The notes beneath the pieces are model-generated. The model did no database searches. It saw only the letters and a program-made list of their open reading frames with translations, and was not told the DNA's origin. Made by a program: the position numbers and the translations under genes. Positions 9,085 through 19,148 of a DNA stretch of 64,000 nucleotides are shown here, in pieces. How positions within the stretch are numbered: the first letter of the stretch is position 1; each line of letters opens with the position of its first letter. The stretch is taken from the NCBI GenBank assembly GCA_963823335.1, contig CAWGLD010000001.1:32001-96000 (forward strand), given 5' to 3'. The DNA comes from an uncultured delta proteobacterium (GTDB lineage Bacteria > Desulfobacterota > Desulfobacteria > Desulfobacterales > B30-G6).

Positions 9085-10558
9085 CGTTTGACTCCTGACG
9101 CGGCAAAAAGATGACAAATGTCGCGCCCCTGCTCTGGTTTGATTCGATTTCCAACCATCCGTTATGCTCCTCGATAATGCGAACGGCAATACTCAATCCC
9201 AGTCCGGTACCTTCTTCTTTGGTGGTGAAAAAAGGTTGCAGCACTTTGCCCCTGATCGGTTCGGGAATCCCCGGACCGTCGTCACTTATCCGGATGAGCA
9301 CACCCCTCTCTTTTGACCGTGCCACCGATTCCTGCTCCTGAATGACAATGGAACCACCCCTTTCCATGGCCTCGCATGCATTCACCACAAGATTGACAAT
9401 GACTTCTTTGATCTGCTCGGGATCGGCCTCGATTTCAGGCAGATATTGCTCACGCCTGATGGCTACCTCGACATTATAGGACTTTAGACGATGTTTTAAT
9501 AGCGTGATGGCTTGATCGACAACCATTGAAGGACTGACGGGCTGGATCTTGAGTTTCGGAGGTCTGGAAAATTCGAGAAAATTCTGAACGATGGTATCCA
9601 CATGACGAATTTCTTCCGATATGACATCAAAATCTTCTTTCTGGGTATCTGTGAGCTTCAGTGATCGGCTCAAACTGAAAAGACGCATTTTCACCGACGT
9701 AAACGGGTTGCGAATACTGTGGGCCATCCCGGCGGCAAGTTTGCCGACCAAAGCCATTCTATCCGCCTGCAACAGGGATTCACGGCTTTTTTGAAGCTCG
9801 GACTGGGTCTGGTCCACATTCTGAATCAGGCCTCGCACGCCATGACTGAGCACTTTGACCTCATCACCCACCAAGGCTTTATCCTCCTCGCTGCCGACTT
9901 CAACCGTCAAGCGGCGAAGCGGTCTGAGAATCTGGGATCTCAAAACAAATGCCAGCAAAACGGCCAGAAGGAAACCAATGCACACGGTGGTTATGGCAAC
10001 AATCCTGAGGTTGGCGGCCTGGATCTGGTTGTTCGCTTTTACCTGCTGAATTCTTTCTTCATGGATCTCTTTGTATTTATGGCATAAATCCAATAGGGTG
10101 AAAAAAAGATCGCGGACCTGCCGGTGAAGGGCAACGCCGGTATCACGATTACCCGCCTGATAGTAGGAGATGACGCGATCTTTGAGGTTGATGTACTGAG
10201 CATATTCGGATTTGATCCGATAAAGCGCTTCTTTTTCATGCTCGTTTTCAGCCATATGTATCGCATCTGTCAGCCGCTCTTTGAAAATCTGCCGAAATTC
10301 ACCCAGTTTTCTCAGCCATTCGGGGTCACCTTCCATAAAGTAATAGGAAACAAACCCTTTCTGGTTGACCAGCGCAATTTCAAGGGCTTCCGCTGCTTGA
10401 AACGCCACGATGTTTTTTTCCGTAACACCCACCAGCAGAGTATCCATTTGATAGGTGTACCAGACGGTAACGATACCTCCGGCCATGGTGATAAAAACCA
10501 GCGCAGCCAGAATGACGTAAATACGGATACGCAGGCTCATTTTCCGCCATATTTTCAC
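9062..10558 (-). CDS. Sensor histidine kinase with helical periplasmic domain
   Basis: Two TM helices, H-box MAHSIRNP, FFTTKEEGTGLGL; overlaps the start of the activator gene. Confidence 0.93.
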   Translation of the reverse strand: MKIWRKMSLRIRIYVILAALVFITMAGGIVTVWYTYQMDTLLVGVTEKNIVAFQAAEALEIALVNQKGFVSYYFMEGDPEWLRKLGEFRQIFKERLTDAIHMAENEHEKEALYRIKSEYAQYINLKDRVISYYQAGNRDTGVALHRQVRDLFFTLLDLCHKYKEIHEERIQQVKANNQIQAANLRIVAITTVCIGFLLAVLLAFVLRSQILRPLRRLTVEVGSEEDKALVGDEVKVLSHGVRGLIQNVDQTQSELQKSRESLLQADRMALVGKLAAGMAHSIRNPFTSVKMRLFSLSRSLKLTDTQKEDFDVISEEIRHVDTIVQNFLEFSRPPKLKIQPVSPSMVVDQAITLLKHRLKSYNVEVAIRREQYLPEIEADPEQIKEVIVNLVVNACEAMERGGSIVIQEQESVARSKERGVLIRISDDGPGIPEPIRGKVLQPFFTTKEEGTGLGLSIAVRIIEEHNGWLEIESNQSRGATFVIFLPRQESNDEHDSDY

Positions 10559-10579
10559 AACTCAGCAACCCCCTGCCTT

Positions 10580-10662
10580 TTGAACCGAAAAAGCGAGCGC
10601 ATTCCCCGTAGGTTCTGCCGTACGGCAGAACATTCCTCGTAGCTTGCTGCGAGGTTCTTCAA
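10580..10662 (+). mobile_element. IS200/IS605-type palindromic mini-element, copy with an internal 20-bp palindrome
   Basis: TTGAACCG...ATTCCCCGTAG[GTTCTGCCGTACGGCAGAAC]ATTCCTCGTAGCTTGCTGCGAGGTTCTTCAA. Confidence 0.7.
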
Positions 10663-10672
10663 TTGCGACTTT

Positions 10673-10775
10673 TATACCGCTTGTCATAATAATGTTCCGA
10701 AAACAGGATGGCGGCATAAGGGGTTGTAGCAGAAAAAAGGTCCTCAATCGGAACGTTTTTCTGACAACCCCTATA
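10673..10775 (-). mobile_element. 103-bp MITE, copy 1 of 4
   Basis: Near-identical to 31258, 36319 and 56600; 28-bp imperfect TIRs, TA ends. Confidence 0.9.
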
Positions 10776-10797
10776 TCTAAACCACCCCGGTGGGCAC

Positions 10798-11238
10798 CTA
10801 TAGGTCGCCGCTTCTTCGTAAAAGAAGTTTTAGCTCGGCTTTTCGAATTCGCTCGGCCTGCTCATCTTTTCTTTTAAGAGCCGCTTCCAGCTTGGCGGTC
10901 AGTTCCCCAAAACGGGCCGGTTTTAAAAGATAATCAAAGGCCCCCAGTTTCAAGCCTTTCACCGCGCTCTCGGTGCTCCCATGACCGGTCAGCATGATGA
11001 CTTCAACCAGAGGGAACCTGTTTTTTATTTCCCTGAGGGTTTCGATGCCATCCATGCCCGGCATTAAAATATCCAGTATTACCACGTCAATTTCTTTTGA
11101 TTCTAAAATATCAAGACATTCCTGGCCGCTATGGGCCGGGGTAACGTTTTCGCCCGCCTCTTCCAGTCTGAGGCTAAGTATTTCTACAAAATCGTGTTCA
11201 TCATCAACCAGCAAAATTCGGATCGGTATTTTAATCAT
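10798..11238 (-). CDS. Single-domain response regulator
   Basis: ILLVDDE, LDILMPGMDG, LTGHG, YLLKP. Confidence 0.93.
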   Translation of the reverse strand: MIKIPIRILLVDDEHDFVEILSLRLEEAGENVTPAHSGQECLDILESKEIDVVILDILMPGMDGIETLREIKNRFPLVEVIMLTGHGSTESAVKGLKLGAFDYLLKPARFGELTAKLEAALKRKDEQAERIRKAELKLLLRRSGDL

Positions 11239-11257
11239 GATGATTTTTTTCTCCTAT

Positions 11258-12479
11258 CTACTCTGCAAAGCGAGACTTAATTTTTTCAACCCATTTTTGA
11301 CCGAAACGTTCGTCAACATCATCGTTATTTTTTTGATGCTTCGGTAGCCGGATAGAAAAGCTGGTTCCCAATCCAAGCTTACTTTCTACGTCAATGGTAC
11401 CACCCAGTTTCTCAATGATTCCCCTGGTGACAAAAAGGCCCAGCCCGGTCCCTGCCCCGGGGGATTTCGTGCTGAAAAACGGTTCGAATATTTTTTCCAG
11501 ATTCTCCCGGGGGATGCCTTGACCGGTATCGCTGATGGTGATCGTCTGGCTGGCACCGGCATTTTTGATGGCAATGGTAATGGTGCCTGCGGCATTTATG
11601 GCATGAACGGCGTTTGTCAGCAGGTTTAAAAATACCTGTCTCAACTGGTAAGGATCGCTTTGGATCGAGCCCAGTGATGGTTCCATCCGGCGGATGATTT
11701 CAATGTCCTCTGTTTTTGATCTCATGGCTGATGAGCCGAATGGCTTCTTCAGCTAATTCAGTCAAGTCCACTTCCGAGACGCTCGATTCCGATCTTCCCA
11801 CAACCCCCAAAAGCTGATGGGTGATCCGGCTCGCCCTCTCGACACTTTTTTCCACCTTATCCAAGGCCTTGGCAAAATCATCACGGCGGGGCATGTCTTT
11901 CAGTTCATCTCTGGCGAACAATTGCTGCATCCATCCTGCCGACTCTCTGATAATGGCCAGGGGGTTGTTTATCTCGTGCGCCACACCGGCAGCCAGGGTC
12001 CCCAGGGATGCCAGTCGTTCGGTGGCGATCATCTGCTGCTCCATTTGCTTTCGGTACTCAGCTTCCTGTTGCTCGGCCGTTATTCTTTGAATCTTATCGT
12101 AAGCCTGAATTATCTTGTTATAAAGATGTTCCAGCTCGATGGGTTTCATCAAGTAGTCAAAGGCACCCGATTTAATCCCTTCGATGCCATCGAAAGTGGT
12201 GGCATGGCCTGTCAGCAATATGACCTCGGTCTTGGGATAGGTGGTATTGATATTTTGCAGGACCTCGATACCACTCATGCCCGGCATCTTGACATCCAGA
12301 ACCACCACATCCATCGCTTTTTTCTCGAGAATCGACAGACATTCATTCCCGTTGGCCGCCTGATCGCAGTCCAGGCCTCTTTTGGCCAGGCGTTTGGCCA
12401 TGGTTTGACGGAAGTTCTCTTCATCGTCCACCAGAAGAAGACGGATGGGTTTTAATTGATGGGTATCGCCTGTTTTCAT
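11258..12479 (-). pseudogene. Hybrid receiver-histidine kinase with a frameshift near 11710 (real or assembly error)
   Basis: REC and H-box (VAHEINNPL) in ORF 11700-12500; HATPase in ORF 11258-11725; one extra base at GAGATCAAAAACAGAGGAC; start MKTGD overlaps the DASS stop. Confidence 0.85.
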
Positions 12480-14056
12480 ACGAGTCCCAAAATCTTCCAC
12501 CAGACCCCCGCCACAAGAACCAAAACACCCAACAACACGGGGGTAGCAACAAGGCCTGCCTTTGTCAGATCGGAGGCCTTGAAATACCGGTAGCTATACG
12601 CGATGGCATTGGGAGGACAGCCAATTACCAGCAGCATGGCAAAAGAGGTGGACATACCCAGGCACAGGGCCATCACCGTGGGATTCACCCCTTCAAGCTG
12701 GGCCATGGGTATCACGATGGGCAATATCAGGGCTGCGGCGGCCACATTGGCCATGGCATTGGTTACCAGGGCGCCGAAAACGGCTACCCCGATAAAGAGC
12801 ACCAGCCATCCGCCGCCTTGAACGAGGGGGAAAAAAAGATGGGCAAAATAAGCGGCCGCACCTGAACCACCCATGGCCAGCCCCAGTGAAATACCGCCGC
12901 CAAAAATAAACAGTGCCGTGCCCCACTCCAGATTCTTGTGAATGTCTTCCCATTCCAGAACGCCGGCCAGAACCAACGCAGTGACACCCAGCATGCCGGT
13001 CACGGAATAATCTATACCATGAAGTCCCTTGGTCAACCACAGAATGAATGCTAAGCCGATGATGATCAGTGTTCTCTTTTCAATGGAGCTCCATGGAGCC
13101 AGTTTTTCGTCGAATGTCGGCATCTTGTATTTATCGTTCGGTCGAAAAACCAGCCAGACCACGCCAACGGCCACCGGTACGGTAAGAATGGCAGCCGGCA
13201 TGGCATACTTGATCCAGTCGAAGAAGGTAATTTCTATACCGGTGAATTCCAGCAGAAATGCGGCAGCCACCATGTTGCGACCGCCACCCACCAGGGTGCC
13301 CATGCCGCCGGCGGAACAGGCAAACGGCAGGGAGAGCATCATGAATTTTGCCGTATTGGAATGGGGTTCTATTTTGGCCGCCCGCATCAAGGGCAGCATG
13401 GTCACGATGCCCACGGCACAGGCAGCAGCATCATGCATGAAAGAAGATGCCAGCCCCAGACTGATGGCGATGATAAAAGTGAATTTGGTAACGCTGTTTC
13501 CGGCTTTTTGAATGATAAAATGCCCTAAACGTCTGGTCAGTCCTGCCTTGTCCAGGGAAATGGCAAAAATCAGACAGCACATGATAAAGACCACCACCGG
13601 ATGCATATAAGGTGCCCAGGCATCTTTGACATCCGCGATACCCATGACGACGATCAAGACCCCGATACAGATGGCCGTGATCTCGAGGGGAATGGGCTCG
13701 GCCACAAAAAGAAAAATCAGCATGGCCAGGATGGCCAGAAATCGTTTAGCTTTAGGCGAAAGACCGTCTACATAATCGACCCGAAGGTCCTTCATTTTCA
13801 GGTTTTCAGCCGTTTCCCGCAGATATCTACCCGGAGTTTTAAAATCCTTCGGGTTTTTGACTTCAACCATATATTCTTGAGTTGATTTGCCTGCCTTATC
13901 GATAAGCTTAAAATTATCTTGGATATGCTGAAAAAAGTCGTGGTTGTTATCTCCGGTTATGGTGAATCTGGTTCCCTCCGGCCTGGGCAGCAACAGAACC
14001 ACGATGCAAAGAACAATCGCCACGCCAAGCTGAAACCACTTTGATTTTAGTAACAT
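12476..14056 (-). CDS. SLC13/DASS family permease (copy 2)
   Basis: AEPIP, GGMGTLVGGGRN, MANVAAAA, VIGCPPNAIAY. Confidence 0.9.
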   Translation of the reverse strand: MLLKSKWFQLGVAIVLCIVVLLLPRPEGTRFTITGDNNHDFFQHIQDNFKLIDKAGKSTQEYMVEVKNPKDFKTPGRYLRETAENLKMKDLRVDYVDGLSPKAKRFLAILAMLIFLFVAEPIPLEITAICIGVLIVVMGIADVKDAWAPYMHPVVVFIMCCLIFAISLDKAGLTRRLGHFIIQKAGNSVTKFTFIIAISLGLASSFMHDAAACAVGIVTMLPLMRAAKIEPHSNTAKFMMLSLPFACSAGGMGTLVGGGRNMVAAAFLLEFTGIEITFFDWIKYAMPAAILTVPVAVGVVWLVFRPNDKYKMPTFDEKLAPWSSIEKRTLIIIGLAFILWLTKGLHGIDYSVTGMLGVTALVLAGVLEWEDIHKNLEWGTALFIFGGGISLGLAMGGSGAAAYFAHLFFPLVQGGGWLVLFIGVAVFGALVTNAMANVAAAALILPIVIPMAQLEGVNPTVMALCLGMSTSFAMLLVIGCPPNAIAYSYRYFKASDLTKAGLVATPVLLGVLVLVAGVWWKILGLV

Positions 14057-14136
14057 TTCTTCCCCTTTCCTCCTGATGACAAGCTCCGTCTCCGGATCTG
14101 AATATACCGAAAGTCAAATCGAACATGCTGCATTCG

Positions 14137-14544
14137 CTATAGATTCTGCTTGCGATAGGCATGCGCCTCCATGATTTTTTCAATCAAGTCTTCCAATTCA
14201 CACGGTTTGGTAAGGTAGTCAAAAGCCCCCAGCTTGATCCCCTGTTCGGCAGCTTCCGCAGATCCATGCCCTGTCAGCATGATAACGACCAGCCGGGGGG
14301 CCATGATTTTAAGCGTTTTAAGCACTTCGATACCACTCATGTCTTCCATCTTCAAATCCAGGAGAGCCACATCAAACGTCTGGCCACGAAGCACCCGAAT
14401 AGCCTCGGTGCCGCTGTACGCCTTGACGACATCCATGTTCCTACGCTGGAGTCTCTTGGACACAATATTTACAAAATCCTTTTCATCGTCGATCAGAAGA
14501 AGACGAACGGGATCGGAATTTATATTTTTATTTGAACGGGTCAT
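14137..14544 (-). CDS. Single-domain response regulator
   Basis: LLLIDDE, LDLKM, LTGHG, YLTKP. Confidence 0.93.
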   Translation of the reverse strand: MTRSNKNINSDPVRLLLIDDEKDFVNIVSKRLQRRNMDVVKAYSGTEAIRVLRGQTFDVALLDLKMEDMSGIEVLKTLKIMAPRLVVIMLTGHGSAEAAEQGIKLGAFDYLTKPCELEDLIEKIMEAHAYRKQNL

Positions 14545-16256
14545 TGTTGTCTATCGGATTCCTTTTGAAACGGAAGGGAGATTGAAAAGGTCGTACCCGT
14601 TCCCACCGTACTGTCTACTTCGAGTTTCCCACCCATTTTTTCAATAATCCCATAACAGATCGAAAGCCCCAGACCGGTTCCCTTGCCCACCGGTTTGGTT
14701 GTGAAAAAGGGATCAAATATCCGGTCCAGGTTGGCTTCTGGGATTCCCTTTCCCGTATCGGAAACTTCAATGACAAGGGCGTGTCCTCGCTGGTGCGATG
14801 ATATCGTCAGCGTACCACCATCGGGATCCATGGCATCGATGGCGTTGTTGATCAGGTTAAAAAAGACTTGCTGCAGCTCGGATATGGAGGCCTTTAAAGA
14901 AGAGAGGTCTTCCTGAAAATTGGTCTGGATTTCCACCATGCCGTATTTGGCCCGCTGGGAAGAAAGAGCCACCAGTTCCTCGAGCAGCGCGTTTATATTC
15001 ACCTCCTGAATTGTCGTGTCGGTTTTGCGGGCAAAGCTGAGTAATTTATGGGTAATTTCCTTACATCGTTTCCCCTGGGTTTTAATCTGGGCGATGGCCC
15101 GTTCGAATTCAACTCGGTTCTCACTTTTTTCGAACGTTTCTTCTTCCATAAGATCGCCCATCCAGCCGGCTTCCTCCACCATAATGGCGACGGGATTGTT
15201 GATTTCGTGGGCAATGCCTGCAGCCAGTTCGCCTACCGAGGCAAGTTTACCTGTCTCAACGATTTTTTTACTCATCATCTGTTTTTCTGCATCTGCTTTG
15301 GCAACCCGTTCGACGATGGTTTTGGACAGGGTAAAGGCCATGATGACAATACCGATCAAGCCGATGAACATCAGGGCAGTCGTTATCATGAATGTTTTGT
15401 TCAGGTCGGCAAATGCATCTGCAGTGCGTTGCTGGTATACCAGCAACCAGTCTCCGTTTTTAATTGAAGCCGCAATGTAGATGTTTTTATGACGGGAGGC
15501 GTCTGTTTTGGTGGCGATGCGGATTTTTCCGGGGGATATTTGTTGATTTGCCAGAAATTCTTCATAAATGGTTTTGCTGTCAATCATATCCTTGGAAGGA
15601 TTTGTCTCCGGGGTTGTCTGCAACTTTCCGGCATTGTTTAAAATAAACGCAAACCCGGTTTGACCGAGGCGAATATTTTCAACCATGGTTGTAAATGCGA
15701 CAAAATCGATGGTCGCCCGTAAAATCAAAGAGCCATCATCGCGACTGTTGCTTACGGCAATGATAAAATGAGGCAACCCCCTGAGCCCTAAAAAAACATC
15801 GCTGATAAAATACTCGCTCTGGATCGCTTTTTGAAACCATTCTGCATCCGAGTAATCGGCCTTGGCCAATTTAAACGGTCCGGCATAGGCAACTTGTTCA
15901 CCATGGGAATTAACGACACCTAAATCAACGAAATCATATTCAAAGTCTTTCTGGAGGTCTGTCAGGCGCTCTTGAAGGAACAATTCATCCTGCAGGTTGC
16001 TCTGACTGCAGCTATCACTCAAAAATCGAATATCGCTCAGTTTTTCCTGTAAGAAATTGTCGATTTTCTGTGAATGGCTGAGAACCAGTTCACGAAGATG
16101 GTCGTAGACCTTTTCATGATAGGAGGCACGAAATTGGCGATAGATCGTGCTGCTCACAAGGATCAGGGGAATAACGGAAACGATAATGATGATCAGGATG
16201 ATGTTACGGTTTAAAGACCGCAAATACTGATCGGTCGATTGCGTAGATTTCGTCAT
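14541..16256 (-). CDS. Sensor histidine kinase, dCache-type (paralog of 3717-5402)
   Basis: H-box IAHEINNP; shares FVDLG, ISxVFLG, PHF, RATID, ADAF motifs with 3717-5402. Confidence 0.95.
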   Translation of the reverse strand: MTKSTQSTDQYLRSLNRNIILIIIIVSVIPLILVSSTIYRQFRASYHEKVYDHLRELVLSHSQKIDNFLQEKLSDIRFLSDSCSQSNLQDELFLQERLTDLQKDFEYDFVDLGVVNSHGEQVAYAGPFKLAKADYSDAEWFQKAIQSEYFISDVFLGLRGLPHFIIAVSNSRDDGSLILRATIDFVAFTTMVENIRLGQTGFAFILNNAGKLQTTPETNPSKDMIDSKTIYEEFLANQQISPGKIRIATKTDASRHKNIYIAASIKNGDWLLVYQQRTADAFADLNKTFMITTALMFIGLIGIVIMAFTLSKTIVERVAKADAEKQMMSKKIVETGKLASVGELAAGIAHEINNPVAIMVEEAGWMGDLMEEETFEKSENRVEFERAIAQIKTQGKRCKEITHKLLSFARKTDTTIQEVNINALLEELVALSSQRAKYGMVEIQTNFQEDLSSLKASISELQQVFFNLINNAIDAMDPDGGTLTISSHQRGHALVIEVSDTGKGIPEANLDRIFDPFFTTKPVGKGTGLGLSICYGIIEKMGGKLEVDSTVGTGTTFSISLPFQKESDRQQ

Positions 16257-16275
16257 AGTCTTATTATCGCTTTTG

Positions 16276-16722
16276 CTAATATCCGCGTTTTGCTATAATT
16301 TCTTTAATATGGGCTTCCTGGATTTTTTTTTCGTGACCCCGTTTTTTCTGCGCAGCCTCATTGACTTTGCCCATCAATTGTTCCATGTCACAGGGTTTCA
16401 TCAAGTAGTCAAAAGCGCCAAACCTCATCCCTTCAATGGCTGATTCTACCGTAGCATGGGCAGTGAGCATGACAACTTCGATTATCGGGTAAGCGGCCTT
16501 CATTTTCTTGAGGGTTTCGATCCCATCCATACCGGGCATCTTGACATCCAGGATCACCACATCCACATTGGGATGTTTATCCAGGGTTTGCAATGCCTCA
16601 GGGCCGCTAAAGGCTGCAATCACGTCCAAATTCCTTTTCTCCAGACGTTTGGTCATGGTTTCTACAAAAGGGGTTTCATCGTCGACCAACATGACTAAAG
16701 GGGTAACTAAAGGGGAATTCAT
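16276..16722 (-). CDS. Single-domain response regulator
   Basis: MLVDDE, LDVKMPGMDG, LTAH, YLMKP. Confidence 0.93.
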   Translation of the reverse strand: MNSPLVTPLVMLVDDETPFVETMTKRLEKRNLDVIAAFSGPEALQTLDKHPNVDVVILDVKMPGMDGIETLKKMKAAYPIIEVVMLTAHATVESAIEGMRFGAFDYLMKPCDMEQLMGKVNEAAQKKRGHEKKIQEAHIKEIIAKRGY

Positions 16723-16923
16723 TTTATGTCTCCTTTTGGTTTAAACCTTAATTGTCGAGTTAAATACCGGGACTCTTTTTCTCTGTCAGATCTAAACCAA
16801 TCCGGGTCAAAGGTCAAGAATTGAACGCCCCCTTGTGCCGGTGGATAGTCTTATTGTAACCTATTTCCCGGATATGATATCATAGCAAATTTCCAATGTA
16901 AGTTCCGGATCAGTTTTTGTGGG

Positions 16924-16939
16924 AGCAAAGCCTGTGCCA
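16924..16939 (-). promoter_or_regulatory. sigma54 (-24/-12) promoter for the operon starting at 16722
   Basis: Minus strand TGGCACAGGCTTTGCT, full consensus. Confidence 0.88.
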
Positions 16940-17034
16940 AAAAAGGAAGGATTACTAACATGCTATTTTTTATTAGAAAACTATGATAAGGATAATCGCT
17001 TCCTTAAGAAAAGGGAAGGTGCTTGGGCTTGCGG

Positions 17035-17053
17035 GTGTCAGGTTTTTTTACAG
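17035..17053. promoter_or_regulatory. Putative upstream activator site (TGT-N11-ACA)
   Basis: GTGTCAGGTTTTTTTACAG, counterpart of 6071-6089. Confidence 0.6.
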
Positions 17054-17125
17054 TTTGTTAAAAAATCAAGCTGTGCTATGCATATAATGTGCTTGAGGCG
17101 TAAATTAAAAAAAGGAGCATAGGAT

Positions 17126-17284
17126 ATGAATCCATTTTTCATAACGGCACTTTTTCGCATGCTTAGTCTGAAACGCACATGCCCGGAGTGCAAAAGAGGC
17201 CAGACCGTTTCTTCAGACAAAAAAGGAGAACCGGTGAAGTGCAAATTCTGCGGAGCGACCATCCCGCCACGAGCAACCCGTTGA
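17126..17284 (+). CDS. Small zinc-ribbon-like protein, 52 aa (not in ORF track)
   Basis: MNPFFITALFRMLSLKRTCPECKRGQTVSSDKKGEPVKCKFCGATIPPRATR*; two CxxC; AAGGAG RBS. Confidence 0.7.
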   Translation: MNPFFITALFRMLSLKRTCPECKRGQTVSSDKKGEPVKCKFCGATIPPRATR

Positions 17285-17347
17285 ACTTGCCTGGTTAATG
17301 GGCGACAATGACCTATGTTAAATGCAATTAAACTGCCATAACTATCT

Positions 17348-18100
17348 ATGCTATTAGCTACACTAATCAAAGCCAGCGTATTTTTAGGAAGGGCTCTTCT
17401 TGGGGCATCCCGTGACCTGGCACCCATCATCATCGTTATCGCGCTGTTCCAGGTCCTGGTCCTACATCAACCCTTCCCGGACTTTTTATCGATATTGGCC
17501 GGATTGGGACTGGTGATTGTTGGCTTAGCCCTTTTTGTGGTCGGTCTGGACATGGGTCTCTTTCCCCTGGGCGAAGCCCTGGCAGAAGAATTTGCACGTA
17601 AAGGCAGCCTCTTCTGGCTTTTGCTTTTCGCTTTTGCCTTAGGGACCGGAACCACCGTTGCCGAGCCGGCCCTGATAGCCGTCACACGCGAGGGGGCAAG
17701 AGCCGCCGCCGAGGCGGGACTTATTGACAATACCGTTACCGCGATAAAGCAATATGCGTTTGGCGTCCGTTTGACCGTGGCATTGTCCGTCGGCGCTGCA
17801 ATTGTTCTTGGGGTATTGCGAATTTTACGCGGTTGGTCCCTGCCAATTTTGATCGTCGGCGGCTACCTGCTGATTATGCTCATGACCGTGTTCGCACCAA
17901 AGGAGATCATAGGATTAGCGTATGATTCGGGCGGCGTCACCACCTCAACCGTTACAGTGCCACTCGTTACGGCCCTGGGTGTTGGACTCGCGCGCACCAT
18001 ACGCGGCAGAAGCCCATTGACGGACGGTTTTGGTCTCATCGCCCTGGCATCTCTTACGCCCATGATATTTGTGATGATTTACGGATTGATCGTCATTTAG
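17348..18100 (+). CDS. DUF1538 family membrane protein
   Basis: GLFPLGE, TVAEPAL, AYDSGGVTTSTVTVP, DGFGLIA. Confidence 0.9.
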   Translation: MLLATLIKASVFLGRALLGASRDLAPIIIVIALFQVLVLHQPFPDFLSILAGLGLVIVGLALFVVGLDMGLFPLGEALAEEFARKGSLFWLLLFAFALGTGTTVAEPALIAVTREGARAAAEAGLIDNTVTAIKQYAFGVRLTVALSVGAAIVLGVLRILRGWSLPILIVGGYLLIMLMTVFAPKEIIGLAYDSGGVTTSTVTVPLVTALGVGLARTIRGRSPLTDGFGLIALASLTPMIFVMIYGLIVI

Positions 18101-18107
18101 GGGAAAT

Positions 18108-18866
18108 ATGGAAATACTTTTTAACCCCATACTGCTGCTGATGGCCACAGCCAAAGAAGTGCTTCCGGTTCTCGGGCTGCTGGTTATATTTCAAACCCTT
18201 GTGCTCAAGAAACCACTTCCCCAGCCGGGTAGAATCCTCTTTGGATTCGTTGCCGTTCTGGTCGGTATGACCTGCTTTCTCGGTGGCTTGGATTTGGCTC
18301 TTTTTCCCATTGGCAGAACCATGGCGCTTCAACTGGCTGAGAGCGCCCAGTACGGTGGTAAGGCAACCTGGACAGCTTATGGATGGGTCTATCTTTTTGC
18401 CTTTTTGATGGGTTTTTCCACCACCATAGCAGAGCCGTCCCTCATCGCGGTGGCCCACAAGGCACATGAAGCCTCACGCCAGGCAATTTCATCCTGGGGC
18501 TTACGTATTGCAGTTGCTATCGGGGTTGGCTTCGGTATAACATTGGGTACCTTTCGTATCGTCACAGGTTCACCGCTGTATCTTTATATTATGGCTGGAT
18601 ATGTGGTGGTTATCATTCAAACCGCATTTGCACCCCGGATGATTATTCCATTGGCTTATGATTCCGGTGGTGTGACGACATCTACGGTAACCGTTCCACT
18701 GGTTGCAGCCCTTGGTTTGGGGCTGGCCTCCAGCGTTCCGGGCCGAAGTGTCGTTATGGATGGATTCGGGCTCATCGCGTTTGCCAGTCTGTTTCCAATC
18801 ATCAGCGTTTTGGGCTACGCCCAACTGGTTCAGTGGAGAGTGCAACGGAAAGCCCGTAAAACCTAA
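18108..18866 (+). CDS. DUF1538 family membrane protein (paralog)
   Basis: TIAEPSL, AYDSGGVTTSTVTVP, DGFGLIAFASL. Confidence 0.9.
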   Translation: MEILFNPILLLMATAKEVLPVLGLLVIFQTLVLKKPLPQPGRILFGFVAVLVGMTCFLGGLDLALFPIGRTMALQLAESAQYGGKATWTAYGWVYLFAFLMGFSTTIAEPSLIAVAHKAHEASRQAISSWGLRIAVAIGVGFGITLGTFRIVTGSPLYLYIMAGYVVVIIQTAFAPRMIIPLAYDSGGVTTSTVTVPLVAALGLGLASSVPGRSVVMDGFGLIAFASLFPIISVLGYAQLVQWRVQRKARKT

Positions 18867-19070
18867 AGTGAGCGTTTCAAATTTTAAGAATATTGGATTT
18901 AGAAATATTTTCAAAGGATTTGATCCATTTGGATTCTTAAAATTTGAAACCCGTTGGGATTGTCGATCTTACCGCATCTACGGTGTCAGATGCCATTCCG
19001 CATAGACCACTATAGCGAAATAGCATCTTCCTTGTATCTACGGCAACCTCGACAATCGCTCAATTTAGGT
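18861..19070. mobile_element. About 210-bp MITE-like element with internal hairpins
   Basis: Ends ACCTAAAGTGAGCG / CGCTCAATTTAGGT (13/14 inverted); perfect 18-bp internal inverted repeat 18874-18891 / 18933-18950. Confidence 0.6.
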
Positions 19071-19148
19071 AAAAACAAACAAAGTACTGCCCGAGTATAA
19101 GTGCAAAGCTAAAATATGGAAGGAATCGGGCGAAAGTGATGGCGCGCA

